Of a DNA stretch of 64,000 bases, positions 39,813-50,104 are shown in pieces. The notes beneath the pieces were generated by a model, which was not told the origin of the DNA, ran no database searches, and saw only the letters and a program-made list of their open reading frames with translations. The stretch lies in NCBI GenBank assembly GCA_040390065.1, contig JAZJZE010000005.1, forward strand, positions 341,170 through 405,169, written 5' to 3'. This DNA comes from a bacterium. Its GTDB lineage: Archaea; Thermoplasmatota; E2; JACPAO01; JAHFTW01. Both the position numbers and the translations under genes were made by a program. Each line of letters opens with the position of its first letter. Within the stretch, counting starts at the first letter, position 1.

Positions 39813-39973
39813 GCATCGAGCAGCGGGAGCAGCGATTTCAGGGTGTCCCTCGCCCCAACACGGCATGAAGACGGTGGGCGTCTCCGTTTGCGCCCTGTAG
39901 GGAAAGTCCAGCAGGAATCCGAGGGCAAAGAGGAGGAGGGAATCATGCGAGTCCGTTGGCACCGGCGGAGGGC

Positions 39974-40201
39974 TTAGCCCTGGACGCAGACGCCGAAGAC
40001 GTATTCGCGGCACGGGTTGCCCTGCTGGCAGTACGAAACGCCGTAGCCACACGTGCAGTGGTCGTCGATGATGCCGTCGCACGGATTGTCGGCGCCGAGG
40101 TGTTGCCCAGCGATCTCGAACGCGCTGGCCGTGGGCGTAAGCACTGTCGCCATCATGACCATCGAGGCTGCCAAAACGAGCATTTTAGTGGTTGTCTTCA
40201 T
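39974..40201 (-). CDS. Small secreted cysteine-rich peptide (75 aa; 48-aa mature part with 6 Cys)
   Basis: GGTGA SD, signal peptide ending ASA, mature FEIAG...CDGIIDDHCTCGYGVSYCQQGNPCREYVFGVCVQG. Confidence 0.75.
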   Translation of the reverse strand: MKTTTKMLVLAASMVMMATVLTPTASAFEIAGQHLGADNPCDGIIDDHCTCGYGVSYCQQGNPCREYVFGVCVQG

Positions 40202-40309
40202 GGGTTCACCTTGTTGTTGTCGCAGTCGCTTGGACTGCTTGGCGTGGCGACCGGCCCATTGCGATGATAGCCATTGGCGCAATTTCCTGAAAGTCCAGCA
40301 TGAATCTCG

Positions 40310-41191
40310 TCAAGCATCCGGAAACAGCGGCGCTGCAGGCCCCCGGGCAAAGCGGGCTCCCGTCTCTGGTCCGCCGAGCGCGGCCGCGACGCGTGGCAAG
40401 GAATCCACCGCGTTGCCTTCGAACGGGTTCGTGACGATGACGAAGCACTCCTTCCATGACGCATCCGTGAGCCGCTTGCGCATCTCGAGGACTTCGCCGA
40501 GGCGGTCGGCGACGGTGACGTGGCGGCCCCGCGTGTTGACGTGCTTGCCCGTGAAGCGCACGTAGCCCCGGGCCGCGGTGCGCCACGGGGGCGCGAAGGC
40601 CTTGGGGAACGTGGACCAGACCAGGGGTGCGTCGAAATCCTCCAGGATGTTCTCGACGGCGGGCACGAACCAGGAAGTGTGGCGAAGCTCGACGGCAAAC
40701 GTACCAGGCGGCGCGCTGCCTAGAATGGCAAGAAGCCGTTCCCAGCCTGCCTCCCGGTCGAGCGTTGGCGCGAATTGCACGAGTGTGGGTCCAAGTTTGC
40801 CCGCGGACCGCAGTGGCTTGAGCGAGACAAGGAACTCCTTGGTCTTCTCTTGGTCTACGTCGGCCTGTCGCTCCTGTGCCTTCGGCGTCTCCGTCAGTTG
40901 CGGGCGCAGCCAGGCGTAGCGCTTGCCGACGCGGCCGCCGCCCTTCATCGTCGGGCCGTGGGTTGCATCCTTGTGCAGCTTCGGCAGGAAAAGGAAGCCT
41001 TCCGGCGTCTGCGCGACCCAGTCCTGGAGCGTGCCCTCCTCGGCGGCCTGGTGGTGCAGGATGTCCGCCTCCACACAGTCGAACTTGGTGCTGTAGCGCG
41101 GAAGATACTCGGCGTGCAGCGTCCGCAGCGGGTACAGCGTGTGCTCGAAGTGCGCATTCGACCAGGCCGCAAGGCCAAAGCGGAGGCGCAT
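40310..41191 (-). CDS. DUF72 family protein
   Basis: G.AAWS, Y..KFDCVE, TPEGF.F.PK....TH, LGPTLVQF, AVELRH.SW, YVRF.G. Confidence 0.85.
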   Translation of the reverse strand: MRLRFGLAAWSNAHFEHTLYPLRTLHAEYLPRYSTKFDCVEADILHHQAAEEGTLQDWVAQTPEGFLFLPKLHKDATHGPTMKGGGRVGKRYAWLRPQLTETPKAQERQADVDQEKTKEFLVSLKPLRSAGKLGPTLVQFAPTLDREAGWERLLAILGSAPPGTFAVELRHTSWFVPAVENILEDFDAPLVWSTFPKAFAPPWRTAARGYVRFTGKHVNTRGRHVTVADRLGEVLEMRKRLTDASWKECFVIVTNPFEGNAVDSLPRVAAALGGPETGARFARGPAAPLFPDA

Positions 41192-41271
41192 CACGGCGCC
41201 ATGGCCAGCCGCGGCATAAGGGCCTCTCCCCAAACGAAAACCGGAATGCACGGCAGAGCCTGGGGCGGCCG

Positions 41272-41652
41272 TTGCCCAACCCGACCGCGGGCGCCGCAGT
41301 CGACGCCTTCCGCCATGAATACGACCGCATCAACGACGCCGTCTACGGCAACACGTTGCCTCCCTTTCCCGGCGTCGACGTCGTGGACCGCACCGACATC
41401 TTCTCCATGACGCGCACGGTCGGCTTGGGGCCGTGGCGGGAACTCCGCCCGTTCCTCCTGTCGCGGCACGTCAAGGGCGATCTGCTGTTGGAAGCAATCC
41501 GTCACGAGGTCGCGCATGCGGCGGCACTCCTCTTCGACGACGACGAGGACCACGGGCCTGCTTGGCGACGGCACGCGGAACTCTGCGGCGCGCACCAGAT
41601 TGCCACCCTCGACGACGGCCATCCCCTCCGCCGCGATTGGCCACGCCGGTGA
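41272..41652 (+). CDS. Small SprT-like zinc metalloprotease
   Basis: HEVAH followed by HGPAW; start uncertain (TTG). Confidence 0.65.
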   Translation: MPNPTAGAAVDAFRHEYDRINDAVYGNTLPPFPGVDVVDRTDIFSMTRTVGLGPWRELRPFLLSRHVKGDLLLEAIRHEVAHAAALLFDDDEDHGPAWRRHAELCGAHQIATLDDGHPLRRDWPRR

Positions 41653-41708
41653 ACCGGGCTTCCAGGTTTTCCCCAACCTTCATCTATTCCCCCCTGTCAG
41701 GGCCAATC

Positions 41709-42951
<1,243 letters not shown>

Positions 42952-42977
<26 letters not shown>

Positions 42978-43060
42978 CGCGCGCAGCGCGTCCGGCCTTG
43001 GGTCGGCGGGCGTTGCTGCTGCACACAAGGGCAGCAGCGCACCCACCCGACCGTCAAGGT
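42952..43060 (+). repeat. 19-bp direct repeat of the icd 3' end with an intervening antisense copy and hairpins
   Basis: CCCACCCGACCGTCAAGGT at 42952-42970 and 43042-43060; CCTTGGGTCGGCGGGCG at 42996-43012; GCTGCTGC/GCAGCAGC stem. Confidence 0.8.
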
Positions 43061-43070
43061 GTCGTAGCGA

Positions 43071-43102
43071 CGAAACGGCCGAGCGCAGCGAGCGGCCTTT
43101 CG
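43071..43102. terminator. REP-like hairpin between convergent genes
   Basis: CGAAACGGCCG...CGGCCTTTCG imperfect stem around AGCGCAGCGAG. Confidence 0.35.
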
Positions 43103-43107
43103 AGGCC

Positions 43108-43347
43108 CTATTCGTTGACGCTCAACTGTCCGTCGTCCTCGTCATCCGCCGGATACGTGTCGGGCCGCATCACGGTCATGGGCACCGGTGCAAGTGTGAC
43201 GACGGTGCCGATGACGATGAGCAGCAGGCCCCAGAGACTGCGGTGGTCGACGAGGGTGACGAGGCCCCCGGCGAAGGTGAAGACGCCCGCGACCTTGGTG
43301 AACAGCGTCAGGAGCTTGTAGTCGCGCTCCGACAGCACCAGGGGCAT
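43108..43347 (-). CDS. Small two-TM membrane protein
   Basis: 79-aa ORF with two hydrophobic helices and an acidic tail. Confidence 0.6.
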   Translation of the reverse strand: MPLVLSERDYKLLTLFTKVAGVFTFAGGLVTLVDHRSLWGLLLIVIGTVVTLAPVPMTVMRPDTYPADDEDDGQLSVNE

Positions 43348-43419
43348 GCTTCGTTCGACGCCCGGGCGCTATTTGTCGGTTGTGGGAGGGGCGGTCCAGG
43401 CCTGCCAGCGGCCTCGGCC

Positions 43420-44211
43420 TCAAACCGGCTCCGCCGGAGCGTGCCCCAACTGTCCGCGCCACGACTTCTTGCCGAGTTCCACGCGGATGCTGGCAAAGGA
43501 CGCGGCCACGACGTCGCGGATGGCCTTGTCCACCTCGGCAGATCCCATGATAGCCACGACCTCGTCGAAGAGAAGGGCTTCTTCGCGTTCGATGTTGCCG
43601 CGCATTCCAGTCAGCTGGACGAGGCGGCCGAGCGTCCCCGTCTTGAGTTGGACTTCGTAGATGCGCTTGAGGATTGGCTCGCGGTTGACGTGCAGCGCCT
43701 CGGCCGCGGTGTGGCCGAAGTCGGCCTTTGCGATTTCCGCCTGCCAGCGGACCAGGACGCGGTCGACGACGCGGTCGCTGAGCTCTTCCTCGAAGGCCGT
43801 CACGAGGACGAGGACTTGCTTGAGTACGAATCCGTCCCCGAGGCTACGGTCGAGCGCGCGCAGGACGCGGCAGCCCAGCACGACCCACAGAATCCATGTG
43901 GGCCAGCCCTGCACGACACCGAGCGCCGCAGGGACCATCGCCACGAAGTCGAACCAGCGCCAACGCAAGTACCGGGCGCGGTGGTTGCGCCATCCCGAAC
44001 GCGTGAAGAATTCGAAGGCGAAGATGACCGTCATGGCGACGTCCACGAAGGCGAGGCGCCACGCCACCTCGCTGCCCACCTGCGCGAACATGGCGACGGC
44101 CTGGACCGCAAGGGCAACCATGCTGAGGAGCCACGCAATCCAGTGGAGGGCAGCGGGGCGCCTGCGACCGATGGGCGTTGGGAGGATGTGGGGGACGCGC
44201 GGCTCGGGCAT
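43420..44211 (-). CDS. Ion-transport family protein, voltage-sensor-like S1-S4 without pore
   Basis: S2 VD..MTVIFAFEF, S3 WFDFVAMVP, S4 RVLRALDR, then a soluble helical C-terminus. Confidence 0.65.
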   Translation of the reverse strand: MPEPRVPHILPTPIGRRRPAALHWIAWLLSMVALAVQAVAMFAQVGSEVAWRLAFVDVAMTVIFAFEFFTRSGWRNHRARYLRWRWFDFVAMVPAALGVVQGWPTWILWVVLGCRVLRALDRSLGDGFVLKQVLVLVTAFEEELSDRVVDRVLVRWQAEIAKADFGHTAAEALHVNREPILKRIYEVQLKTGTLGRLVQLTGMRGNIEREEALLFDEVVAIMGSAEVDKAIRDVVAASFASIRVELGKKSWRGQLGHAPAEPV

Positions 44212-44261
44212 GCGTGGGCATGGGTGGGTCCCGCTTCAAGCAAGCGGTCGCTACAGCCCCT

Positions 44262-44756
44262 TCAAGGCGAGGGTTCGTCGCCAGCCGGCGGGTGTTGTGG
44301 GCGTCCCAGCCACAGGGACCACGCGGCAGCCGCGGCTGCGGCGGCACCGACCCACCAGCCCAGCCCGGGATGCGCTTCGATGACCTGCGCGTCGACGCCG
44401 TCCGCCGCGCCGAACGTCTTGGTCCCCCAAAACGGTGTATCGAGCGGCCAGAACCAGGCCGATGCAAGGGCGCCAATCATGAGGGCCGTGGCGACACCCA
44501 AATCGCGACGCCATGCCTTGGGCTCGTGCACGATGGACCTCGCCGCCAGGCGGACGAAGAGGAACGGGATGGGCAGGATGGCCAGGGCATCCGTCACCCA
44601 GACGGCCTTGAGGTTGAGGTCCCCTGGTGGTCGTGACCAGAGGCCGAAGCCGTCGCTGGCGCCGAATGTCTGGTTCGTGGCGACCCACCACGTCAGGAAC
44701 AAGGCCGTGATCTGCAGCAGCATCGCCATGCCTGCGAGGAAGCTGGCGCGGCGCAT
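44262..44756 (-). CDS. Hypothetical membrane protein
   Basis: Four hydrophobic segments; PGLGWW motif. Confidence 0.6.
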   Translation of the reverse strand: MRRASFLAGMAMLLQITALFLTWWVATNQTFGASDGFGLWSRPPGDLNLKAVWVTDALAILPIPFLFVRLAARSIVHEPKAWRRDLGVATALMIGALASAWFWPLDTPFWGTKTFGAADGVDAQVIEAHPGLGWWVGAAAAAAAAWSLWLGRPQHPPAGDEPSP

Positions 44757-44825
44757 GCGCAGCGGTTGGTCGACAGCGGCTTCGTCCGTGTGTCGGCGAC
44801 GGCGGGCCAAGCCATGACCCTTGTG

Positions 44826-45188
44826 CTAATGCGCAGATTGGACGGCGAGGGCGGCCACCTCCCGACCTGAGACGATGGCCAAGATCTCCGGGCCGTACGT
44901 GGCGACCTTGGCGGGGCCCATGCCGCGGATGGCCTGCAGTTGCTCGAGGTCGGTCGGCATAGCTGCCTCGATGGCGTGCAGCACGGCGTCGGTGGCGATG
45001 ATGTAGGGCGGCAGGCCCTTGCTGCGAGCCTGCTCGGTCCGCCATTGCCGTAGCGCCGCAAACGTCGGGCTGCTGACCTGAGGCGCAGGGCTGGGCTTTG
45101 CGGCACCGGCCCTGAGTTCCTGGAGGGCTTCCTCGATGCGGACGACGGCGCGTTCAATCTCGGGCGCAAGGGTGTATGCTTCACGCAT
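44826..45188 (-). CDS. HRDC domain protein
   Basis: ALRQWR..QA...GLPPYII.TD..L.AI...P....L..IRGMGP.K...YG. Confidence 0.82.
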   Translation of the reverse strand: MREAYTLAPEIERAVVRIEEALQELRAGAAKPSPAPQVSSPTFAALRQWRTEQARSKGLPPYIIATDAVLHAIEAAMPTDLEQLQAIRGMGPAKVATYGPEILAIVSGREVAALAVQSAH

Positions 45189-45259
45189 GAGGAGGACCAA
45201 CGCGCCTGCAACCAAGAGTGGCGACGCTCAGGCCAGCGTGTGGCCGAGTTCGCCGACCT

Positions 45260-46744
45260 CTACGCGTGCACGGGAGCCGGGCCGCCTGCAGGGGGTCCAT
45301 GTGCCTTGCGCAACAGGAGGGCTGCCAGGATGGCTGCGATGGCCGCAAAGACGGCACCGACGAGGAACGCCGCGTGGTACCCCGAGTTGAGCGCCGCTGC
45401 ATCCGAGGCGCCGCCCAGGTCGGCCGTCCGGCTTGCGGCCAGGCTCGCGAGGATTGCAAGGCCCAGAGCGCCGCCCATCATGAACGAGGTGTTGACGAGG
45501 CCGCTTGCTAGCCCACCTTCGTCCGGCTTGGCATCGCCCATTGCGGCAAGGAAGAGGGGATTGAACGCCATGCCCGCGCCGATACCAAGCAGGAGCATGC
45601 CTGGAAGGATGGCCGTGAGGAAGCGGCCGTCCAGCGGAGCCACGGCGAAGAGCAGGAGACCCGCCGCAGCAAGGGTCATCCCCGCGGCCACGGGGGCGCG
45701 GATGCCGAACCGGTGCACCATCTTGGCGGACAGGCCGACCGAGAAGGCGGCCATGACGACGTCGGCTGGAACGAAGGCGAAGCCGGTCTTCTGCGCGTCG
45801 TAGTGCAGAATGTTCTGCATGTAGAGCGAGGACAGGAAGAACCAGGCGAACATGGCAGCAGCCCAGAGCATGCCGATGGCGTTGGAGGCCTGGATGCTGC
45901 GCTTGCGAAACAGTTCCAACGGGACGAGCGGGTTGCGTACGGTGCGCTCGATCCATATGAAGAGGGCAAGCAGTGCCGCGGAGACGCCGAGTCGCAGGAG
46001 CGTGGTGCGCGAGGTCCAACCCAAGTCCTTCGCTTCGACGACGGCGTAGACGGCGAGCAGCAGCGACGAAGTGACCGTGATGGCGCCGGCGACGTCGATG
46101 CGGCCGGTGGCGATGCCTGGCGTGCGGGGCAGGAGGGCGCGCGTGGCCATGAACACGGCGACCCCGATGGGGACATTGACGAGGAAGTTCCAGTGCCAGT
46201 CGAAGTGCGCGGTGATGAAGCCGCCCGCGACGGCGCCGACCGCCCCGCCGCCGGATGCCACGAAGGCGAAGATGCCCATGGCCTTGACGCGGTCCGGCCC
46301 GTCCGGGAACAGGTCCATGATGAGGGCCAGTGACACCGCCGTGACGAGGGCTGCGCCGAGGCCTTGGATGGCCCGGGCCACGATGAGGGCGGTCGACGAC
46401 TGCGCTAGGCCGCAGGCCAAGGAGGCAAGCGTGAAGACGGCGAGGCCGACGAGGAACAAGCGCCGGCGGCCGTACAGGTCGCCCAACCGCCCGGAGAGGA
46501 GAAGGAAGCCGCCAAAGGTCAGCATGTACGCGTTGATGACCCATGCCAGGCCCGCGTCCGAGAAATGCAACGAGTCGTGGATGGGCTTGAGGGCGATGTT
46601 GGCAATCGTCGTGTCGAGCACGTTCATCAGGGTCGCCAGGCAGAGCACGCCAAAGGCGAGCCAGCGCCGCGCGTCGGCGTGGGCCGCGCCGATCTGGGCC
46701 GGGGGGGCAGGAATCGTCTGCTGGGCGGGGTCGGGTGAATCCAT
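45260..46744 (-). CDS. DHA2 (EmrB/QacA) family MFS efflux transporter
   Basis: LDTTIANIAL, W..NAY.L.FGG.LL..GRLGD..GRRR, WNFLVNVPIG, many TM helices. Confidence 0.93.
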   Translation of the reverse strand: MDSPDPAQQTIPAPPAQIGAAHADARRWLAFGVLCLATLMNVLDTTIANIALKPIHDSLHFSDAGLAWVINAYMLTFGGFLLLSGRLGDLYGRRRLFLVGLAVFTLASLACGLAQSSTALIVARAIQGLGAALVTAVSLALIMDLFPDGPDRVKAMGIFAFVASGGGAVGAVAGGFITAHFDWHWNFLVNVPIGVAVFMATRALLPRTPGIATGRIDVAGAITVTSSLLLAVYAVVEAKDLGWTSRTTLLRLGVSAALLALFIWIERTVRNPLVPLELFRKRSIQASNAIGMLWAAAMFAWFFLSSLYMQNILHYDAQKTGFAFVPADVVMAAFSVGLSAKMVHRFGIRAPVAAGMTLAAAGLLLFAVAPLDGRFLTAILPGMLLLGIGAGMAFNPLFLAAMGDAKPDEGGLASGLVNTSFMMGGALGLAILASLAASRTADLGGASDAAALNSGYHAAFLVGAVFAAIAAILAALLLRKAHGPPAGGPAPVHA

Positions 46745-46840
46745 GGTCGTCGGGTCTCGTCGTTGACGCCGTGCTCAGGCATCAGGCCTTGGGTTGTTGG
46801 AGGGGATGGGTGAAAGTGGAGAAGGGAAATGGCCGGTTCG

Positions 46841-47650
46841 TCACAGGCCGAACGCCTCGACCAGCGCGGGCCGGAGCGCCGCGGGCTTGACGCCGTGGTT
46901 CTGCTTGGGCAAGACCTTCGTTGCAGCCCCCGGGATTGCCGCGGCTGCGTCCTGCGCCGCCTTCTGTAGCGACGCCGGCGACTTCGTGCCCCAAAGGACG
47001 ACGACCGGAGTCTTGATGCGGCCGAACCGCGCCGTCGGGACTTTGAACCCGTTCAGGGCAGCCGCATCGTAGGGCAGCGTGTGCGCCGCAGCGACGGCGG
47101 TCTTCCAGAACTTCATCATCCGCATGAAGGGGATCATGAACCCGGGAACGCCGACGGTGCGCATGAACAGGACCACCGCTTGGTCGCGCTTGCCGGCGGC
47201 CACCAAGTCGTTGACCTTGCGCTCGTACTCGGGATCCATGTCCGTGACGTACGGCGGTTCGTGCGCGGCGAGCATGCGCATCGGAACTCCCGCTGCAGCG
47301 GCCTCCAGGGCAAGCGCCGCCCCTGACGACGTGGCGCAGACGAAGGGCTTGCCGCCTGCGGCTTGGCAGATGGCGGCAAGGTCCTCCACTTCGCGCTGCA
47401 CGGCGAACGGCTTGGTGTCACCGGACTCGCCGCGGCCGCGCCGGTCGTAGTCGTAGACCGTGAACGACTTGGCCAGTTCTTCGCGCATGCGGCGGGTGAA
47501 CGGCGAGTCACGCACGCCGAGGGCACCCCAGACGAAGACCAGGGCCGGACCGCTGCCTACAATCTCGTAGGCTAGGCGCGTGCCGTCCTTCGACGTGACG
47601 CTGCGTGACGCCTGCGCGCTTTCCTCCCTCTTGGTGGTGGATTGAGCCAA
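46841..47650 (-). CDS. Alpha/beta hydrolase
   Basis: SKDGTRLAY..GSGP, YDRRGRGESGD, TSSG nucleophile, HEPP, QNH. Confidence 0.88.
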   Translation of the reverse strand: MAQSTTKREESAQASRSVTSKDGTRLAYEIVGSGPALVFVWGALGVRDSPFTRRMREELAKSFTVYDYDRRGRGESGDTKPFAVQREVEDLAAICQAAGGKPFVCATSSGAALALEAAAAGVPMRMLAAHEPPYVTDMDPEYERKVNDLVAAGKRDQAVVLFMRTVGVPGFMIPFMRMMKFWKTAVAAAHTLPYDAAALNGFKVPTARFGRIKTPVVVLWGTKSPASLQKAAQDAAAAIPGAATKVLPKQNHGVKPAALRPALVEAFGL

Positions 47651-47659
47651 GACGTCACC

Positions 47660-48232
47660 TCAGAAGGGCAGCTCGGCTTCGCACAGGTTGGCAAGGTTGT
47701 CGAGGCTCTGGCTCCAGCCGTACGGGGCGCCGTCGGCGGCGGGGCCGGCCGGGATGCCTTCCTGCAGGATGGTGAGTTCGGTGCCGCCCTTGACGGGCTT
47801 GAAGTCGATCGTGACCTGCATCTTGGCGTTGGCCATGACGGGGTCGTCGGACTCGAAGGCGGTGGCGTAGCGGATGCGCTTGCCGGGCACGAGTTCCTGG
47901 TAGGTCCCGGTGAACGAGTGCCCCCACGCGCGGTTGATGGTGGCGAAGCGCATGCGGTAGCCGCCGCCGACTTTCGGGTCGCTTCGGTCGACGTGGCCGG
48001 TGAAGCCGTGCGGCGGCAGCCACTTGACCATGGCATCGGCGTCGAGGAAGCAGTCGTAGATGCGCTGCGCCGGCGCCTTGATGACGCGCACGAGGCGCAG
48101 GCTGGTCGCCTTGCCTTTCGTCACGGTGGCCTTCGTGGCCCCGAGCGTCAGGTTGGTCGTCCCGGTCGGCAACGGCGGCGGGCCCTTGGGCGGGATCATG
48201 GTGCTGGCTTGGGTCTGCTTCTTGGCGGGCAT
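47660..48232 (-). CDS. SRPBCC/AHSA1 family protein
   Basis: RVIKAP..RIY..F.D, WLPPHGF, VGGGYRM, ELVPG, GWSQSLDNL. Confidence 0.9.
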   Translation of the reverse strand: MPAKKQTQASTMIPPKGPPPLPTGTTNLTLGATKATVTKGKATSLRLVRVIKAPAQRIYDCFLDADAMVKWLPPHGFTGHVDRSDPKVGGGYRMRFATINRAWGHSFTGTYQELVPGKRIRYATAFESDDPVMANAKMQVTIDFKPVKGGTELTILQEGIPAGPAADGAPYGWSQSLDNLANLCEAELPF

Positions 48233-48237
48233 GGATT

Positions 48238-48627
48238 TCAGGTCTCCTTTGGTTTGGTGGTCTTGGAACGGCGCCGTGCAGGCGTCGGGGCCGGCGTCTC
48301 GACGGCGGCGGCGATGGCGTCCAGCGTGTCCTCCCAGAACAGGCGGTACTGCACGATCCAGGAGAACGCGGCCGACAAGGGCTTTGCCTTGAGGGCACAG
48401 CGGCGCACCCGGCCGTCCGGCGTCTGCTCCAGCAGGCCCGCGTCCTCCAGCACCCGGAGGTGCTTCGAGATGGCGGGGCCGCTGACGTCGTGCGGTGCGG
48501 CGAGGTCGGCCACGGTGCAGTCGCCCCCCGAGAGGCGCGCCACGATGGAGCGCCGGATGGGGTGGGCGAGGGCCGAGAAGACCGCGTCGAGGTCCGCACG
48601 TTGTTCCTTAACCATCTGGTTAACCAT
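48238..48627 (-). CDS. ArsR/SmtB family transcriptional regulator
   Basis: LDAVFSALAHPIRR, ISKHLRVLEDAGL. Confidence 0.92.
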   Translation of the reverse strand: MVNQMVKEQRADLDAVFSALAHPIRRSIVARLSGGDCTVADLAAPHDVSGPAISKHLRVLEDAGLLEQTPDGRVRRCALKAKPLSAAFSWIVQYRLFWEDTLDAIAAAVETPAPTPARRRSKTTKPKET

Positions 48628-48660
48628 TAGGCAAGGGCAATACTTAACGATTTGGTTAAG
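48608..48660. promoter_or_regulatory. Two TTAAC(C/G)-N4-GGTTAA palindromes, candidate ArsR operators
   Basis: TTAACCATCTGGTTAA (48608-48623) and CTTAACGATTTGGTTAAG (48643-48660) around the ArsR start. Confidence 0.75.
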
Positions 48661-48702
48661 CGATGCGCCACGCGCCGAGCCCTGGGGCCAAGTGGCGTGC
48701 GG

Positions 48703-50043
48703 CTACGGGTCGATGGGCATGCGCGGCCCACTCGTCTGCACGACGACGTGCAGCGGCATCGAACCCGCCGCCAGGACCATCGCCTGGTCGTCGTTGCCCG
48801 ACACGTCGCTCATGATCATGTACGCCCGGCCATCGGGGCCAAGCGCTGCGCCCTGCACGTGGCGCGACGGCTCGGGTCCAGCCTTCGTGGCGAGGTTGAC
48901 GTCCTTCAGGACGACGTGGCCGTTCTCGACGAAGGCGTGACCGAAGTAGTAGTCTGCCTTGGTGCCGTCGACGAGGCCCCAGTACACGAGCGCGCCCGGG
49001 CCCCTGAGGTTGCCATCGATGTACAGAGCGCCGACCGGCTTGGGGAAGACGAAGCGGTCAACCGTGAAGTTGCGCCCGTCGTCCGTGCTGTGGGCCAACT
49101 CCAACGCGCCGCCGCTGGTCTCGTTGTTGTTGAACGCCGCGACGTACATCGTGCCGGCCTTGTCGAACGTGACCTGGCCGGAATCCATGACGGACGAAGC
49201 CGCCGTGCTGTCGAACTTCAGGACAGTGTGCTGTTCGACCGCCATGACATTCGTGGCGTGACCGGTCACGACGACCATCGAGTCGCCCTGGAGCTGCGGC
49301 ACGGCGAAGAACAGGTCGTTGCGCATGCCGGGAATCCCCGGGATACCGCCGTTGCCGTTGCCGGCGCAGGTGTTCCACGTCGGGCCGGTCGCCGGAGTCG
49401 TGAGGCTTGCCGGCTGCGCGGGCGGGACCTTCATGGCGGCGACTTGCACGGGGCCACCGCCTGGGTTGTTGACCATGAGGAGCGTGCCGTTGGCGTACGC
49501 CGCCCACGGGCGGTCGTTGAGACTCGCCGTGCTGCAGGGGGCCATCAGGGCTGCCGCGCGGTCGTACCCGTTCGGGTTGTAGTAGCACTTGTCGGCGCCG
49601 TTGTTGCACCAGCCGTGCACGGGGTAGCTTGCGAGCGTCACGTCGACGCCCCAGGCCGTGCCATCGTTGCCGGCCACGATGAAGATCTCGTCGCTCGGCG
49701 GCGGCGTTCCCTGCTGCGAGCTGGACGGCACCGAACCGCTTGCCGCCACGGGCAGGGTGATCCACGTCTTGCCGTCGTCCTTGCTGTAGTACGCTGGCGC
49801 GCCGCCGGCGTCGACGCCCGTGGTGTGGGCGCTTACGTACAAGACGCCGGAGGGCGACACGTCGATCGTCGGCTCGTACAAGCCGTGGCCTTGGTGGATG
49901 GCTGGCAGGTCGAAAGTCGTGAAGTTCATGGCCTCGACGAGGGGCAGAGGCTGCACCGGGGGCGTGGTCGTCGTGGTCGCGGTCTCCGTCGTGCATCCGG
50001 CGAGGAGCAATCCCATGAGGGCCAAGCCAAGGGTCAGGCGCAT
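48703..50043 (-). CDS. Secreted lipoprotein with BNR/Asp-box repeats (sialidase-like beta-propeller)
   Basis: LLAGC signal; YSKDDGKTW and HSTDDGRNF Asp-boxes; EPTI.V, DRPW. Confidence 0.75.
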   Translation of the reverse strand: MRLTLGLALMGLLLAGCTTETATTTTTPPVQPLPLVEAMNFTTFDLPAIHQGHGLYEPTIDVSPSGVLYVSAHTTGVDAGGAPAYYSKDDGKTWITLPVAASGSVPSSSQQGTPPPSDEIFIVAGNDGTAWGVDVTLASYPVHGWCNNGADKCYYNPNGYDRAAALMAPCSTASLNDRPWAAYANGTLLMVNNPGGGPVQVAAMKVPPAQPASLTTPATGPTWNTCAGNGNGGIPGIPGMRNDLFFAVPQLQGDSMVVVTGHATNVMAVEQHTVLKFDSTAASSVMDSGQVTFDKAGTMYVAAFNNNETSGGALELAHSTDDGRNFTVDRFVFPKPVGALYIDGNLRGPGALVYWGLVDGTKADYYFGHAFVENGHVVLKDVNLATKAGPEPSRHVQGAALGPDGRAYMIMSDVSGNDDQAMVLAAGSMPLHVVVQTSGPRMPIDP

Positions 50044-50104
50044 AAGCGCGCGAGGCCGACTGGCCTGGATGAGGATTGTGGAGCCCCGCTGGCCCCCAGG
50101 GGGA

